Assembly (NCBI GenBank): GCA_964436545.1
Contig: CAYTCJ010000001.1
Coordinates: forward strand, 142,392 to 206,391
Direction: 5' to 3'
DNA: 64,000 nt
Origin: an uncultured Candidatus Saccharibacteria bacterium
GTDB taxonomy: Bacteria > Patescibacteriota > Doudnabacteria > UBA920
Both the position numbers and the translations under genes were made by a program. Within the stretch, counting starts at the first letter, position 1. Each line of letters starts with the position of its first letter. Positions 53,368 to 62,683 of this stretch are shown one piece after another. The notes beneath the pieces were generated by a model. The model was not told where the DNA came from. It did no database searches and saw only the letters and a list, made by a program, of their open reading frames with translations.

Positions 53368-54537
53368 ATGAATTTAAAATTTTACAATTGCCCGGAGCCG
53401 GCTGAGTTAGATACAGGCCTTTTACCCAAAGAGGTAAATTTTTTAAGTTACCTGCCGGATTTTAAGTTATTGGAAGCTTTTAAATTAGCTTATGCCGACT
53501 ACAAAAATATTTTAATTATCGGACACGGGGGCAGTATTACCAGCTCGGATGCATTTTATAACAGCCTTAAATATTCTTTGGAATTAAAAAGAGTGGAATT
53601 TTTAAATACCACAGATCCCGATTATATTAATTTTTTAAAGCACAGTTTAAACCCCAAAGAAACTTTGATTTTGGCAATTTCCAAAGCGGGTGAAACTATA
53701 ACTCAGTGGGAAATGCTCACGCAATTTTTAGATTTTTCCATTGTGGTGGTAACGCAAAAGAGTAGTCCGCTGAGAGCTTTAGCGGAAAAACTCAATTTAA
53801 AAATTGTTACTCATCCGCCCATTGGCGGACGGTATACCGGTTTAACGGAAGTGGGTTTATTGCCTGCGGAATTATGTGGAATATCCGGCAAAGCCATTTT
53901 AGCCGGAGCCAAGGCGGTGTATGCCAATTTTTACAAAGCCAATCCCGCATGGAATTTGGCCTCGGTTTTGTTTCAACTGGAAGCGCAAGGCAAGGTAGAT
54001 GTGTTCATGCCTTTTTATAGTCAGGCGTTGTTTGCTTTTAATAAAATTATTATTCAGTTATGTCACGAAAGTTTTGGCAAAGCCGGTAAAGGACAAACTT
54101 TTTTTGCCCACGAATCTCCGGAGAGTCAGCACCATACTAATCAAAGATTTTTTGGTGGACAAAAAAATATTTGCGGTTTGTTTATCAGCCAGCAACGTTT
54201 CAAACACAATCTGCTAAGTGTGTATCCGGCTCAAACTCACAGTGTGCAAATTAAGGGCCATAGTTTGTTTGATATTAACAAAATTCCGTTAGCGGAATCT
54301 ATGCACAGTGAACTTCTGGGAACTTTGCAAAATGCGCAAGTGGCGGGGATTCCCAGTATGCATTTGGAAATTTCGGAAATTACTTTGGAAAAAATGGGTG
54401 AATTTATGGCTTTTTGGCAGATCTTTGCAGTCTATGCTTCGGTATTAAGACAGGTGGATCCTTTTAACCAGCCCGAGGTGGAAAACAGCAAAAATATTTC
54501 CTTCACTAATCGATTAAAGTTTAAGGGGTTGTTGTAG
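53368..54537 (+). CDS. pgi: glucose-6-phosphate isomerase family (short SIS-type)
   Basis: IIGHGGSITSS, ISKAGETIT and GGRYTGLTEVGLLPA motifs. Start set at the ATG at 53368. Confidence 0.75.
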   Translation: MNLKFYNCPEPAELDTGLLPKEVNFLSYLPDFKLLEAFKLAYADYKNILIIGHGGSITSSDAFYNSLKYSLELKRVEFLNTTDPDYINFLKHSLNPKETLILAISKAGETITQWEMLTQFLDFSIVVVTQKSSPLRALAEKLNLKIVTHPPIGGRYTGLTEVGLLPAELCGISGKAILAGAKAVYANFYKANPAWNLASVLFQLEAQGKVDVFMPFYSQALFAFNKIIIQLCHESFGKAGKGQTFFAHESPESQHHTNQRFFGGQKNICGLFISQQRFKHNLLSVYPAQTHSVQIKGHSLFDINKIPLAESMHSELLGTLQNAQVAGIPSMHLEISEITLEKMGEFMAFWQIFAVYASVLRQVDPFNQPEVENSKNISFTNRLKFKGLL

Positions 54538-54609
54538 CTTGCTAATGGTTGGGTAAATTCAGTATAATGTTAAAAGATGCCTATAAATACCTAATCTCTT
54601 TACCTATTT

Positions 54610-56289
54610 ATGATAGCTACGGTTTACATAAATTTAGAAGATGATGTTGCCAAAATTGTTGCCAGAATAAAAAAAGTTCGAGGTGGGGAAATCGTCTTGG
54701 TATGTCCGAAGCGATGTTTTTTATTTTCCGACAAAGTAAATTTGGGATTGCTAAAAAAGCAAACTGATTTTTTAGGAAAAAAGATCAGTATTTTAACAAT
54801 GGATGACAAAGGTCAAAACTTTGCCAAAGACGCAGGTTTTGAAATTAAGCCTTTTCCCAAAAGTGGTTTTAGACCTTTGGCTGTATCCGATATACAAATT
54901 AATAAATTACAGAAAAAAGATTCCGAGCCAATGGCGGGTGCGCCCAATCAAATTTCCAAAGCAGTCAAGGAAGTTAGTAATTTCGTTAGCGGATTAGTGG
55001 CAAAAAAACCTGAGTCAACGGAAAATTTACTCGGTCAAAGATCCTCGTTAAAATTAAAACCGGCGACCAAAATCTCAAATCCTATCACCCTTACAAATGG
55101 GGCTTTGGCCACCAAACCCACGAAAGCCAAATCCAGTCACTTAAAGATTATTTCCTTTGTGGCTTTATTATCTGTAATTTTATGTTTAGGTTTATTTTTT
55201 ATAGTTTTGCCGGAGGCTCAAGTGGTTATTTATCCCAAATCGGAAACGTTAATTAGAGATTTTGATATTTCTCTAGATAGCTCCGTAGCCACAGTGGATG
55301 TGGCCGGTTTAATCCTGCCAGCCACAAAAATTTCCGAAAATTTTACTCAGACCGGCAAGTTTCAGAGTCAAGGTAAAAAAGATGTGGGCAATAAGGCTAG
55401 CGGGTATGTGAGAATCTATAACTTTACCGGACAAACTTTAAATTTAAAAGCCGAAACCACCACTTTAAATGCTTCCGGTAAGGTTTATAAGTTGGCCAAT
55501 GATGCTTTACAAATTAAACCCGTAAAATACAAAAATCCCAAAACCAAAGAAATCGATGAATCCAGTTTATCGGAAGCCTTGGCAATCATTGCGACAGCAG
55601 GCGGTGAAAGCTATAATTTGCCTGCCGGTTTAAGGCTGGAAATTAGTAATACCGTGTTCGGCAGTCGTCCTCAGTTATTGTATGCCAAAACCGACGACCC
55701 GATTACCGGGGGCTATACTCGGTATCTTTCCGTGGTGTCCCAAGAAGATGTAAATTTTGCCCGAGAAGAATTGGGTAAAGAAATTTTAAACACTCTCAAG
55801 CAAAAAATTTCCGAATCCGGTTTGGAATTACCGGATGGCGGTTACCGGATGGAAGTTTTGGATTATTCCACCGATAAGTCCATTAATACCGAATCTCCCA
55901 GTTTTAATGCGAAGCTCGCGGTTAAAATTGTTGGGGTGGCATTTTCCAAAAATAATTTTATAGCTCTGGTTAAAGGCAGACTATTGCAAGGACTGTCGGA
56001 AAATAAAGATTTGGATTTGGAAAATCAAACCACAATGGTTAAGCAATTTAAAAATATTGATTTGAATTCGTTTAACGCCAACCTCTCGGTGCATTTGGAG
56101 ACTAAAATATTTTCCAAATTGGTTCTAAGCGAATATTATGAAAAGTTAAAAGGAAAAAATATAAAGAGTGCGAATGAGTTTTTGCTTGCCGATGAAAATC
56201 TTGAGAAGGTAGAGGTAACTTTACTTCCCGCGTGGCAAAAAACTTTTCCACTAATTAAAAGTAGGATAAAAATTATCATTAATAAATAA
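54610..56289 (+). CDS. hypothetical membrane-anchored protein (559 aa)
   Basis: One TM segment (IISFVALLSVILCLGLFFIVL); no family recognised. Confidence 0.6.
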   Translation: MIATVYINLEDDVAKIVARIKKVRGGEIVLVCPKRCFLFSDKVNLGLLKKQTDFLGKKISILTMDDKGQNFAKDAGFEIKPFPKSGFRPLAVSDIQINKLQKKDSEPMAGAPNQISKAVKEVSNFVSGLVAKKPESTENLLGQRSSLKLKPATKISNPITLTNGALATKPTKAKSSHLKIISFVALLSVILCLGLFFIVLPEAQVVIYPKSETLIRDFDISLDSSVATVDVAGLILPATKISENFTQTGKFQSQGKKDVGNKASGYVRIYNFTGQTLNLKAETTTLNASGKVYKLANDALQIKPVKYKNPKTKEIDESSLSEALAIIATAGGESYNLPAGLRLEISNTVFGSRPQLLYAKTDDPITGGYTRYLSVVSQEDVNFAREELGKEILNTLKQKISESGLELPDGGYRMEVLDYSTDKSINTESPSFNAKLAVKIVGVAFSKNNFIALVKGRLLQGLSENKDLDLENQTTMVKQFKNIDLNSFNANLSVHLETKIFSKLVLSEYYEKLKGKNIKSANEFLLADENLEKVEVTLLPAWQKTFPLIKSRIKIIINK

Positions 56290-56330
56290 TGGCTTAAATA
56301 AGCGATAAAAAATATTTTTTGCCTTACCCT

Positions 56331-56359
56331 TTGACAAAATTTATATTTTATAATAAAAT
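56331..56359 (+). promoter_or_regulatory. candidate promoter TTGACA-17-TAAAAT upstream of infA
   Basis: TTGACA 56331-56336; TAAAAT 56354-59. Confidence 0.4.
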
Positions 56360-56391
56360 TATCAAGATTATTAATTATCTGGTAAATCCAT

Positions 56392-56640
56392 TTGTCTAGC
56401 ACTCAAGAATTTAGCCAGCAAGGATCAAAAAAAGATTCCTTTGAATTAGAGGGCAAAGTAATTGAAAATTTGCCCAACGCTCTTTTTCGCGTTCAATTAA
56501 ATTCCGGTCAAACTGTCTTAGGTCACTTGTCCGGAAAAATGCGTGTAAACATGATAAAGGTATTACCTGGTGATAAAGTTATCATTGAGCTTACCGCTTA
56601 CGATTTAACCAAAGGTAGAATTACCAAAAGATTAAGATAG
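56392..56640 (+). CDS. infA: translation initiation factor IF-1
   Basis: S1-like core [32 protein letters not shown]. There is no upstream in-frame ATG, so a TTG start at 56392 is assumed. Confidence 0.9.
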   Translation: MSSTQEFSQQGSKKDSFELEGKVIENLPNALFRVQLNSGQTVLGHLSGKMRVNMIKVLPGDKVIIELTAYDLTKGRITKRLR

Positions 56641-56676
56641 CATTTGCTAAATCTTAACCGCTAAACGCTAATAAAT

Positions 56677-56790
56677 ATGAAAGTTAGAGCTTCCGTAAAA
56701 CCGATTTGTAAAAAGTGTAAAATCGTTAAACGATTTGGCAGGATTTTTGTTATTTGTGAAAATCCTAAACATAAACAAAGACAAGGTTAA
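56677..56790 (+). CDS. rpmJ: 50S ribosomal protein L36
   Basis: Hand translation gives [37 protein letters not shown]. It falls below the ORF-track length cutoff. Confidence 0.93.
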   Translation: MKVRASVKPICKKCKIVKRFGRIFVICENPKHKQRQG

Positions 56791-56859
56791 TTAATCTACC
56801 TATTAACCGATTATTTTAATTGGTTATAAATTTATCATTATAAATTATTTAAACTATCT

Positions 56860-57249
56860 ATGGCTCGTATTGCAGGTATAAACATTCCCAACGAAAAAAC
56901 CATTGTGGCATCCTTACCTTATATTTACGGGGTGGGTTGGCCTTTGGCGCGAAAAATTTTAAATGAGGTAAAAGTTAGTCCTCATAAAAGAACTAAAGAT
57001 TTAACCGAAGTGGAATTAAACAAGATTCGCGATTATATTGAAAAGAGTTTTAAAGTTGAAGGGGAGTTAAAGCAACAAGTCTTGTTAAACATTAAAAGAC
57101 TTAAAGAAATTTCCGCTTATCGTGGTATTAGGCATATGCGGGGTTTACCGGTTAGAGGTCAACGAACTAAAACCAATTCCCGCACCCGCCGAGGTAATGT
57201 AAGAAAAACCGCAGGCTCTGGCAGAAAATCCGCTTCGGAAAAGACCTAA
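56860..57249 (+). CDS. rpsM: 30S ribosomal protein S13
   Basis: [11 protein letters not shown]-terminus and an Arg-rich C-terminus. Confidence 0.96.
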   Translation: MARIAGINIPNEKTIVASLPYIYGVGWPLARKILNEVKVSPHKRTKDLTEVELNKIRDYIEKSFKVEGELKQQVLLNIKRLKEISAYRGIRHMRGLPVRGQRTKTNSRTRRGNVRKTAGSGRKSASEKT

Positions 57250-57250
57250 T

Positions 57251-57299
57251 TAGGATTTACGCTCTTGCCACTTAAACTTCCGCAGAGCCGAAGTTCTAA
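57251..57299 (+). mobile_element. 5' fragment of the MITE-like repeat (copy E)
   Basis: TAGGATTTACGCTCTTGCCACTTAAACTTCCGCAGAGCCGAAGTTCTAA matches the first roughly 49 nt of copies B/C; starts 1 nt after the rpsM stop. Confidence 0.7.
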
Positions 57300-57389
57300 T
57301 TAGCTTGTGCCAATCTGTAGAACATTCCGGAATTTCTTCTGAAAAATATTATTTAAAACGGATTCTAATTAGCTAATATTTAAAACTTT

Positions 57390-57848
57390 ATGGAAACTAC
57401 TTCGCAATCAAAAGAAGAAACTACAATTGCAACGCCTACGGCTGAGGTGGTTGTTGAAAATGCTCCTAAAATTAAATCCAAGAAGAAAAAGACTAAAAAT
57501 AAAGTTACTAAAGGTAAAATTTATATCAATTCAACTTATAACAACACGATTGTATCGGCAACCGACATTTCCGGTAATGTTTTGGTTTGGTGTAGCGCCG
57601 GAAAAATTGGCTTTAAGGGTTCCAAAAAATCCACTCCTTATGCCGGACAAAGAACCATGGAAGATGTTTTGTCTAAGTTAAAAGAACGAGGCTTAAATGA
57701 AGTGGATATTTTAATTAAAGGCATCGGCTCCGGTAGAGAATCGGCCATTCGGGCTTTGCAAGGCAGTGGTTTGAACATTTTAACCATTAAAGACCAAACT
57801 CCCACTCCGCACGGGGGCGTAAGACCGAAAAAACCCAGAAGAGTATAG
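57390..57848 (+). CDS. rpsK: 30S ribosomal protein S11 with Lys-rich N-terminal extension
   Basis: Core GKIYINSTYNNTIVSATDISGNVL...TPHGGVRPKKPRRV. Confidence 0.95.
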   Translation: METTSQSKEETTIATPTAEVVVENAPKIKSKKKKTKNKVTKGKIYINSTYNNTIVSATDISGNVLVWCSAGKIGFKGSKKSTPYAGQRTMEDVLSKLKERGLNEVDILIKGIGSGRESAIRALQGSGLNILTIKDQTPTPHGGVRPKKPRRV

Positions 57849-57934
57849 TTTAAAAAAATTGGGTATGGGTAATTCCGGATGCAAAACAATTTTAATTACT
57901 TACAAAATTTTACTTAATTTTCTTTAATAATATT

Positions 57935-58543
57935 ATGAGATATACAGGACCAAAAGTTAAAAAAGCAAGACGTTTAGGCATGGCCTTTACCGTTAAGGAT
58001 GCCAAAATTTTGCAAAAACGTCCCACCCCTCCCGGCCAACACGGACAAAACCGAGCGAGAATTTCTGAATACGGCACCCAGCTGAGAGAGAAGCAAAAAA
58101 TGAAGATAAATTACGGGGTTATGGAAAAGCAGTTTAGAAATTATTTTAAAAAAGCTTTGAGCCAAACCGGAGTAACGGGTGATAATTTGCTAAAACTGTT
58201 GGAGACCAGATTGGATAACGTGGTTTTCAGAGCCGGGTTTGCCGAAACCAGGCAACAGGCCAGACAGTTGGTAAGCCACGGTTTTTTGGTGGTTAATGGA
58301 AAAAAAGTTAACATTCCTTCGTTCCGAGTAAAAGTTGGCAATACCTTTAAATTCGCACCGACAAAATTAAAGAGCAAGTATGTAGAGCAGTTAAAGGAAA
58401 AACTTAAAAATTTCTCTTCCCCTGAATGGATAGAAGTTAACAAAGCCGAGTTGACCGGCAAGTTACTATCGGAACCTAATTCCGATTTAGTACAAAACAC
58501 CATTAACACTCAGTTAATCGTAGAACATTACAGCCGAATCTAG
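57935..58543 (+). CDS. rpsD: 30S ribosomal protein S4
   Basis: MRYTGPKVKKARRLG N-terminus and S4 domain (LETRLDNVVFRAGFA). Confidence 0.96.
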   Translation: MRYTGPKVKKARRLGMAFTVKDAKILQKRPTPPGQHGQNRARISEYGTQLREKQKMKINYGVMEKQFRNYFKKALSQTGVTGDNLLKLLETRLDNVVFRAGFAETRQQARQLVSHGFLVVNGKKVNIPSFRVKVGNTFKFAPTKLKSKYVEQLKEKLKNFSSPEWIEVNKAELTGKLLSEPNSDLVQNTINTQLIVEHYSRI

Positions 58544-58557
58544 TTAATAGATTTAAC

Positions 58558-58600
58558 CTTTACGGTAATACCTCGTCAGCTTTACCGTAAAGCCTTTTAT
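58558..58600 (+). terminator. hairpin/attenuator between rpsD and rpoA
   Basis: 11-bp stem CTTTACGGTAA/TTACCGTAAAG with 13-nt loop, followed by CCTTTTAT. Confidence 0.45.
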
Positions 58601-58652
58601 ATCTCAATAATCAAGCAAAGATTTATATCTTTGCAATCGGAGGCTAATAAAT

Positions 58653-59588
58653 ATGGAAGCAATTCCACTACCCAATCGGGCAAAAATTGAAACGTTAGGT
58701 AACAATCGGTATAAAATGGTTTTAGAACCACTATACCCGGGTTTTGGAGTTACCGTCGGGAATGCCTTAAGACGCGTATTATTGTCATCGATGCCGGGCG
58801 CTGCGGCTACCGCGGTGAAAATTAAATATGTTGACCATGAGTTTTCCACTGTTCCGAATGTGAAAGAAGATGTCATTCAAATTATTTTGCAATTAAAACA
58901 ATTACGTTTTGTAAGTCACAGTAGCGAACCGGTTAGATTGCAATTAAAAGTCAAAGGCGAAAAGGTAATTACCGCCGAAGATATTCAAGAAACCGACCAA
59001 GTTAAAGTTATCAATAAAGATTTGCACATTGCCACCTTGGAAGGCAAAACTTCAGATTTTGAAATGGAATTAATTGTTGAACAAGGCAGAGGCTACGCAC
59101 CGGTGGAATCTCGCGAGCACCAAAAAGCGGAAATTGGTATGATTGCTTTGGATGCCGTTTTTACTCCGGTTAAATCGGTTTATTTTGATATTTCCAATGT
59201 ACGTGTGGGACAATTTACCAACTACGATAAATTGGAAGTCACCATGGAAACCGATGGCACCATTAGTGGCGCGGACGCTATCAATATTTCCGCTCATATT
59301 TTAGTCGATCATTTTTCCATGCTGTTTGCTCAAAACGATGGCATTGTGGAAGCCAATAGTGAATCGGTAGTTACTCCGGAAATGACAGAACATTTACCTG
59401 AAGAAACCGAAATGCCGGAAAACGAAATTACCATGTCCACACTTTCCACTCGCGCCAAAAATGCCTTGGTTAAAAACAACATTACCACGCTGGAAGCTTT
59501 AAAACAATTATCCACCGAACAAATTGAAAATATTGAAGGTTTGGGTAAAAAGACCATAACTGAAATTTTAGAATTTATTAGCCGATAA
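58653..59588 (+). CDS. rpoA: DNA-directed RNA polymerase alpha subunit
   Basis: N-terminal domain motifs (EPLYPGFGVTVGNALRRVLLSS) and C-terminal domain (LSTRAKNAL). Confidence 0.96.
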   Translation: MEAIPLPNRAKIETLGNNRYKMVLEPLYPGFGVTVGNALRRVLLSSMPGAAATAVKIKYVDHEFSTVPNVKEDVIQIILQLKQLRFVSHSSEPVRLQLKVKGEKVITAEDIQETDQVKVINKDLHIATLEGKTSDFEMELIVEQGRGYAPVESREHQKAEIGMIALDAVFTPVKSVYFDISNVRVGQFTNYDKLEVTMETDGTISGADAINISAHILVDHFSMLFAQNDGIVEANSESVVTPEMTEHLPEETEMPENEITMSTLSTRAKNALVKNNITTLEALKQLSTEQIENIEGLGKKTITEILEFISR

Positions 59589-59594
59589 TTTTTT

Positions 59595-59939
59595 ATGAGA
59601 CATAGAAAAAAGTTAAAAATTGGTAAAGGCACCGACCAAAAGAGAAAGTTGTTAAAAACTTTAGCTTCCTCTTTAATTTTGTACGAAAAAATTAAAACTG
59701 GTTTGCGTAACGCCAAAGTTTTAAAATCCCATGTGGAAAAATTAATTACCAGAGCTAAAGAGAACACCTTGGCCAATCGCAGAATTTTGTTAACCAAACT
59801 CAGCCCCATGGCAACCAAAAAAGCTTTGGAAGTGTTTGGGCCCAAGTATAAAGATCGCAAGGGTGGTTATACAAGAATAGTTAAACTCGAGCACCATACT
59901 TCCGGGTTGTCTAAGGTGCTTATAGAATTTGTTGAATAA
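59595..59939 (+). CDS. rplQ: 50S ribosomal protein L17
   Basis: MRHRKK...HVEKLITRAK and GGYTRIVKL motifs. Confidence 0.95.
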   Translation: MRHRKKLKIGKGTDQKRKLLKTLASSLILYEKIKTGLRNAKVLKSHVEKLITRAKENTLANRRILLTKLSPMATKKALEVFGPKYKDRKGGYTRIVKLEHHTSGLSKVLIEFVE

Positions 59940-59964
59940 TTTTAGATTATTAGAAGATTTAATT

Positions 59965-60372
59965 ATGAAATCATCAAAAGCTACATTGGCAAAAAATATT
60001 GTAAGAAAGTGGCACAAAATCGACGCTTCTAAACAGAGCATGGGTAGAGTTGCGGCGCAAATTGCTATTTTACTTCGAGGAAAGCATAAACGAGATTTTA
60101 CCCCCAATATGGATATGGGTGATTTTGTAGTGGCGATTAATACGAACCATTTGAAATTTTCCGGCAGAAAAGTTAACCAAAAAGTGTATTACAGACATTC
60201 CGGTTATTTGGGTGGTATTAAGTCGGAAAAGTTAAGTGTGGTTTTGCAAAAAAATCCCAGCGAAGCTTTAAGACGAGCAGTCTTTAGTATGCTGGATGAT
60301 GTAAAATTTAGAAAAGCGATGATGGCTCGTTTAAAACTTGTGGGCACATCTGAGCATAATTATAAAGTTTAA
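59965..60372 (+). CDS. rplM: 50S ribosomal protein L13
   Basis: WHKIDASKQSMGRVAAQIAILLRGKHK...YYRHSGYLGG. Start set at the ATG at 59965. Confidence 0.95.
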   Translation: MKSSKATLAKNIVRKWHKIDASKQSMGRVAAQIAILLRGKHKRDFTPNMDMGDFVVAINTNHLKFSGRKVNQKVYYRHSGYLGGIKSEKLSVVLQKNPSEALRRAVFSMLDDVKFRKAMMARLKLVGTSEHNYKV

Positions 60373-60397
60373 TTTTATTTTTTAAAGAATATTTTTT

Positions 60398-60910
60398 ATG
60401 GTGACTAAAACTCCAAGTAAACCTGCGGTTAAAAAACCTCGAGCCCCTAAAAAGGAAACTATAATTGAGTCGGCTGTGGAAACCCCCGTGGTGGCTAAAA
60501 AAGTTGCTGTGCCCAAAGACAGCGGTAAATATATTTTTGCCACCGGAAGAAGAAAAACCTCCATTGCCAACGTGAGATTGTTTCCGGGTTCGGGTAAACA
60601 TGTAGTTAACAAAAAACCTTTGGAAACTTATTTTAGTTTTGCCTTTTATAAAGAGAAAGTTTTAGAACCCTTCAATTTAACCGGCTTGGCCAAGGAATAT
60701 TTTTTCACCGCCCATATTAATGGAGGTGGAATTCATTCCCAGGCCGAGGCCTTAAGGCATGGTTTGGCCAGAGCCTTGTCTAGCACTTCCGAAGAAGTAA
60801 AAAATCTATTAAAAAAGAATGGGCTTTTGACTAGAGATGACCGCAAGAAAGAAAGAAAGAAACCGGGACTCAAAAGAGCCAGAAGAAGCCCACAGTGGGC
60901 CAAACGTTAA
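60398..60910 (+). CDS. rpsI: 30S ribosomal protein S9 with N-terminal extension
   Basis: ATGRRKTSIANVRL...GGGIHSQAEALRHGLARAL...RSPQWAKR. Confidence 0.95.
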   Translation: MVTKTPSKPAVKKPRAPKKETIIESAVETPVVAKKVAVPKDSGKYIFATGRRKTSIANVRLFPGSGKHVVNKKPLETYFSFAFYKEKVLEPFNLTGLAKEYFFTAHINGGGIHSQAEALRHGLARALSSTSEEVKNLLKKNGLLTRDDRKKERKKPGLKRARRSPQWAKR

Positions 60911-60914
60911 AATT

Positions 60915-60947
60915 ATCCCCTCCGCTATATTGGAGGGGATTTTTTTA
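60915..60947 (+). terminator. intrinsic terminator after rpsI
   Basis: ATCCCCTCC-8 nt-GGAGGGGAT followed by T7. Confidence 0.85.
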
Positions 60948-61011
60948 TCCACATATTAATAAATTAAATATCAGTTATACTTATTAAGTATAAATTAACC
61001 AGAATTAATCT

Positions 61012-61776
61012 ATGTACAATTTTCCCAAATGGTTAGTAAATTTAGGGGTTGGTCTGTTAATTGTCTTCTTAGCGCTTTTGGTTTTAGATAAAGGTATTGG
61101 CTTGGGCAATAAGCTCACCGGCAAAAAACCCGATAATACTTTATCGGTTTCTGCTGAGGGTAAGGTGAAAGCCACACCCGATTTAGCCACCATTAATTTG
61201 GGTGTCATTACCCAAGGCGCAGAAGCTTCAAAAGTTCAAGACGATAACAGCAAAAAAATTAACAAGATTTTGGAATTTGTTAAAAAGCAGGGGATTACCA
61301 AAGACGATATTTCCACTTCTCAGTTTAACATTTACCCACAGTATAATTATACTAATGGTAAAAATGAGATTATTGGTTATCAGTTGGACCAAACCATTAC
61401 AGTAAAAGTAAAAGGGGTGGATAAATCCACGGAAATTTTAGGTAAAATTTTAAGCGGTGCGGTTTCGGAAGGTGCTAACCAAATTTATGGAGTTGCGTTG
61501 GGTTTTGATGATCCGGATAATTTAAGACAACAAGCCAGAGAATTAGCCATTGAAAAAGCCAAGGAAAAGGCCAAAGAATTGGCTAAAGTAGCGGGGATTA
61601 AATTAGGTAAAGTGATTAGCGTTTCCGAAGCGGGTAGTGGCAATTATCCTATGCCTTATTATGGAGCCGGTTATGGTGGCGGAGGTATGGCAATGGAAAA
61701 AGCAGTGTCTCCCAATATTGAACCGGGTTCGCAAGATGTAGTGGAAAATATGTCCGTAACGTTTGAAGTTAAGTAA
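61012..61776 (+). CDS. SIMPL/DUF541-family secreted protein
   Basis: TM/signal, then LSVSAEGKVKATPDLATINLGV...; a typical SIMPL-domain pattern. Confidence 0.8.
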   Translation: MYNFPKWLVNLGVGLLIVFLALLVLDKGIGLGNKLTGKKPDNTLSVSAEGKVKATPDLATINLGVITQGAEASKVQDDNSKKINKILEFVKKQGITKDDISTSQFNIYPQYNYTNGKNEIIGYQLDQTITVKVKGVDKSTEILGKILSGAVSEGANQIYGVALGFDDPDNLRQQARELAIEKAKEKAKELAKVAGIKLGKVISVSEAGSGNYPMPYYGAGYGGGGMAMEKAVSPNIEPGSQDVVENMSVTFEVK

Positions 61777-61789
61777 ACTAGTTTTACAT

Positions 61790-61819
61790 TTTTAAACCCC
61801 GCTAAACAGCGGGGTTTAA
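61790..61819. terminator. hairpin between the convergent SIMPL gene and rnpB
   Basis: TTTAAACCCCGC-TAAACA-GCGGGGTTTAAA 12-bp stem; there is no clean T-run on either side. Confidence 0.5.
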
Positions 61820-61824
61820 AAATG

Positions 61825-62560
61825 TTTAAAGCAAACTCATAAGCCGAATTCTGTTCACCCCGTTAGAAGTCCGGTGTCTAAAGACATCGGCAGACGCCTT
61901 TTGGCGTCTTACTTCTAACGGGGTTAACAATCATCTCTCTGGTCCCGATGTTACCACCGGGATCTTGCGACCTACCAAATTTGGTCTTGCACTCAAGTAA
62001 GAATTTAGCCGTTTCACCCGAGCGTTAGCGAGAATGTCCTACGAAGCCTTAGCATAAGTAGGCTACTCGTTTATTACTCGGCTCGCCCTGCCCTTTGCTT
62101 GCAAAGAGCGGGGCGTCCCGACTCTTTCGTATCGGGACGTCTCTGTTCGCATCTCGCACCTTACGGTGGACGGGGATTACCCGCTACTATTTTTGATAAC
62201 TCTTAAGCGGTCATCAAATAAGTGTTCGGACTTTCCTCCCCCCACTTTCTATCCTTTATTACAATTCAAAAGCTTGCAAGCTATTTTGAATACGTTTTTT
62301 TAGTTGCCCATAACTGCCTTTGAATTGTTTGAGATTTTTTTCTCTGGCTCTCGCATCTTTCTCTGATGCAAAAGCTTCGTAGTAAATCAATCCAACAGGG
62401 AGCCTATGTTTGGTATATCCTGATTGCAAAGACATATGTTCCTTAATTCTTCGCTTTAGGTCACTTGTGTAACCTATATAGATTTGACCACCTTTGGATA
62501 TTTTCAAAGCATAGACATAAAACATAGAAAGTGGGGGGCGATTGTTCGGTTTGCTTTAAA
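61825..62560 (-). ncRNA. rnpB: RNase P RNA (bacterial type A) interrupted in P3 by a 275-nt ORF-bearing insert
   Basis: GAGGAAAGUCCG, GGGUGAAACGGC, GCAAGACCAAAU, GGUAGGUCGCAAGAU, AGAGAUGAUUGUU and ACAGAAUUCGGCUUAUG motifs appear in the canonical order. P1, P2 and P3 pairings were verified by hand. Confidence 0.85.
62259..62525 (-). CDS. stand-alone GIY-YIG nuclease domain protein (88 aa) inside the rnpB P3 loop
   Basis: MFYVYALKISKGGQIYIGYTSDLKRRIKEH ... EKDARAREKNLK is a GIY-YIG signature; same strand as rnpB. Confidence 0.8.
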   Translation of the reverse strand: MFYVYALKISKGGQIYIGYTSDLKRRIKEHMSLQSGYTKHRLPVGLIYYEAFASEKDARAREKNLKQFKGSYGQLKKRIQNSLQAFEL

Positions 62561-62567
62561 CCGATTA

Positions 62568-62596
62568 ATAATATCATATTTTCAAAGCTTTGTCAA
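62568..62596 (-). promoter_or_regulatory. rnpB promoter TTGACA-17-TATTAT
   Basis: Complement of 62591-62596 is TTGACA; complement of 62568-62573 is TATTAT. The -10 element ends 7 nt before the first P1 nucleotide. Confidence 0.7.
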
Positions 62597-62683
62597 ATTT
62601 TATTTCTTTTGCACAAAAAATTTTCTTTGGAATGTTAGCATAATTATTGTATAATATTAAAGAAATTAAGTAATATTTTTGGA

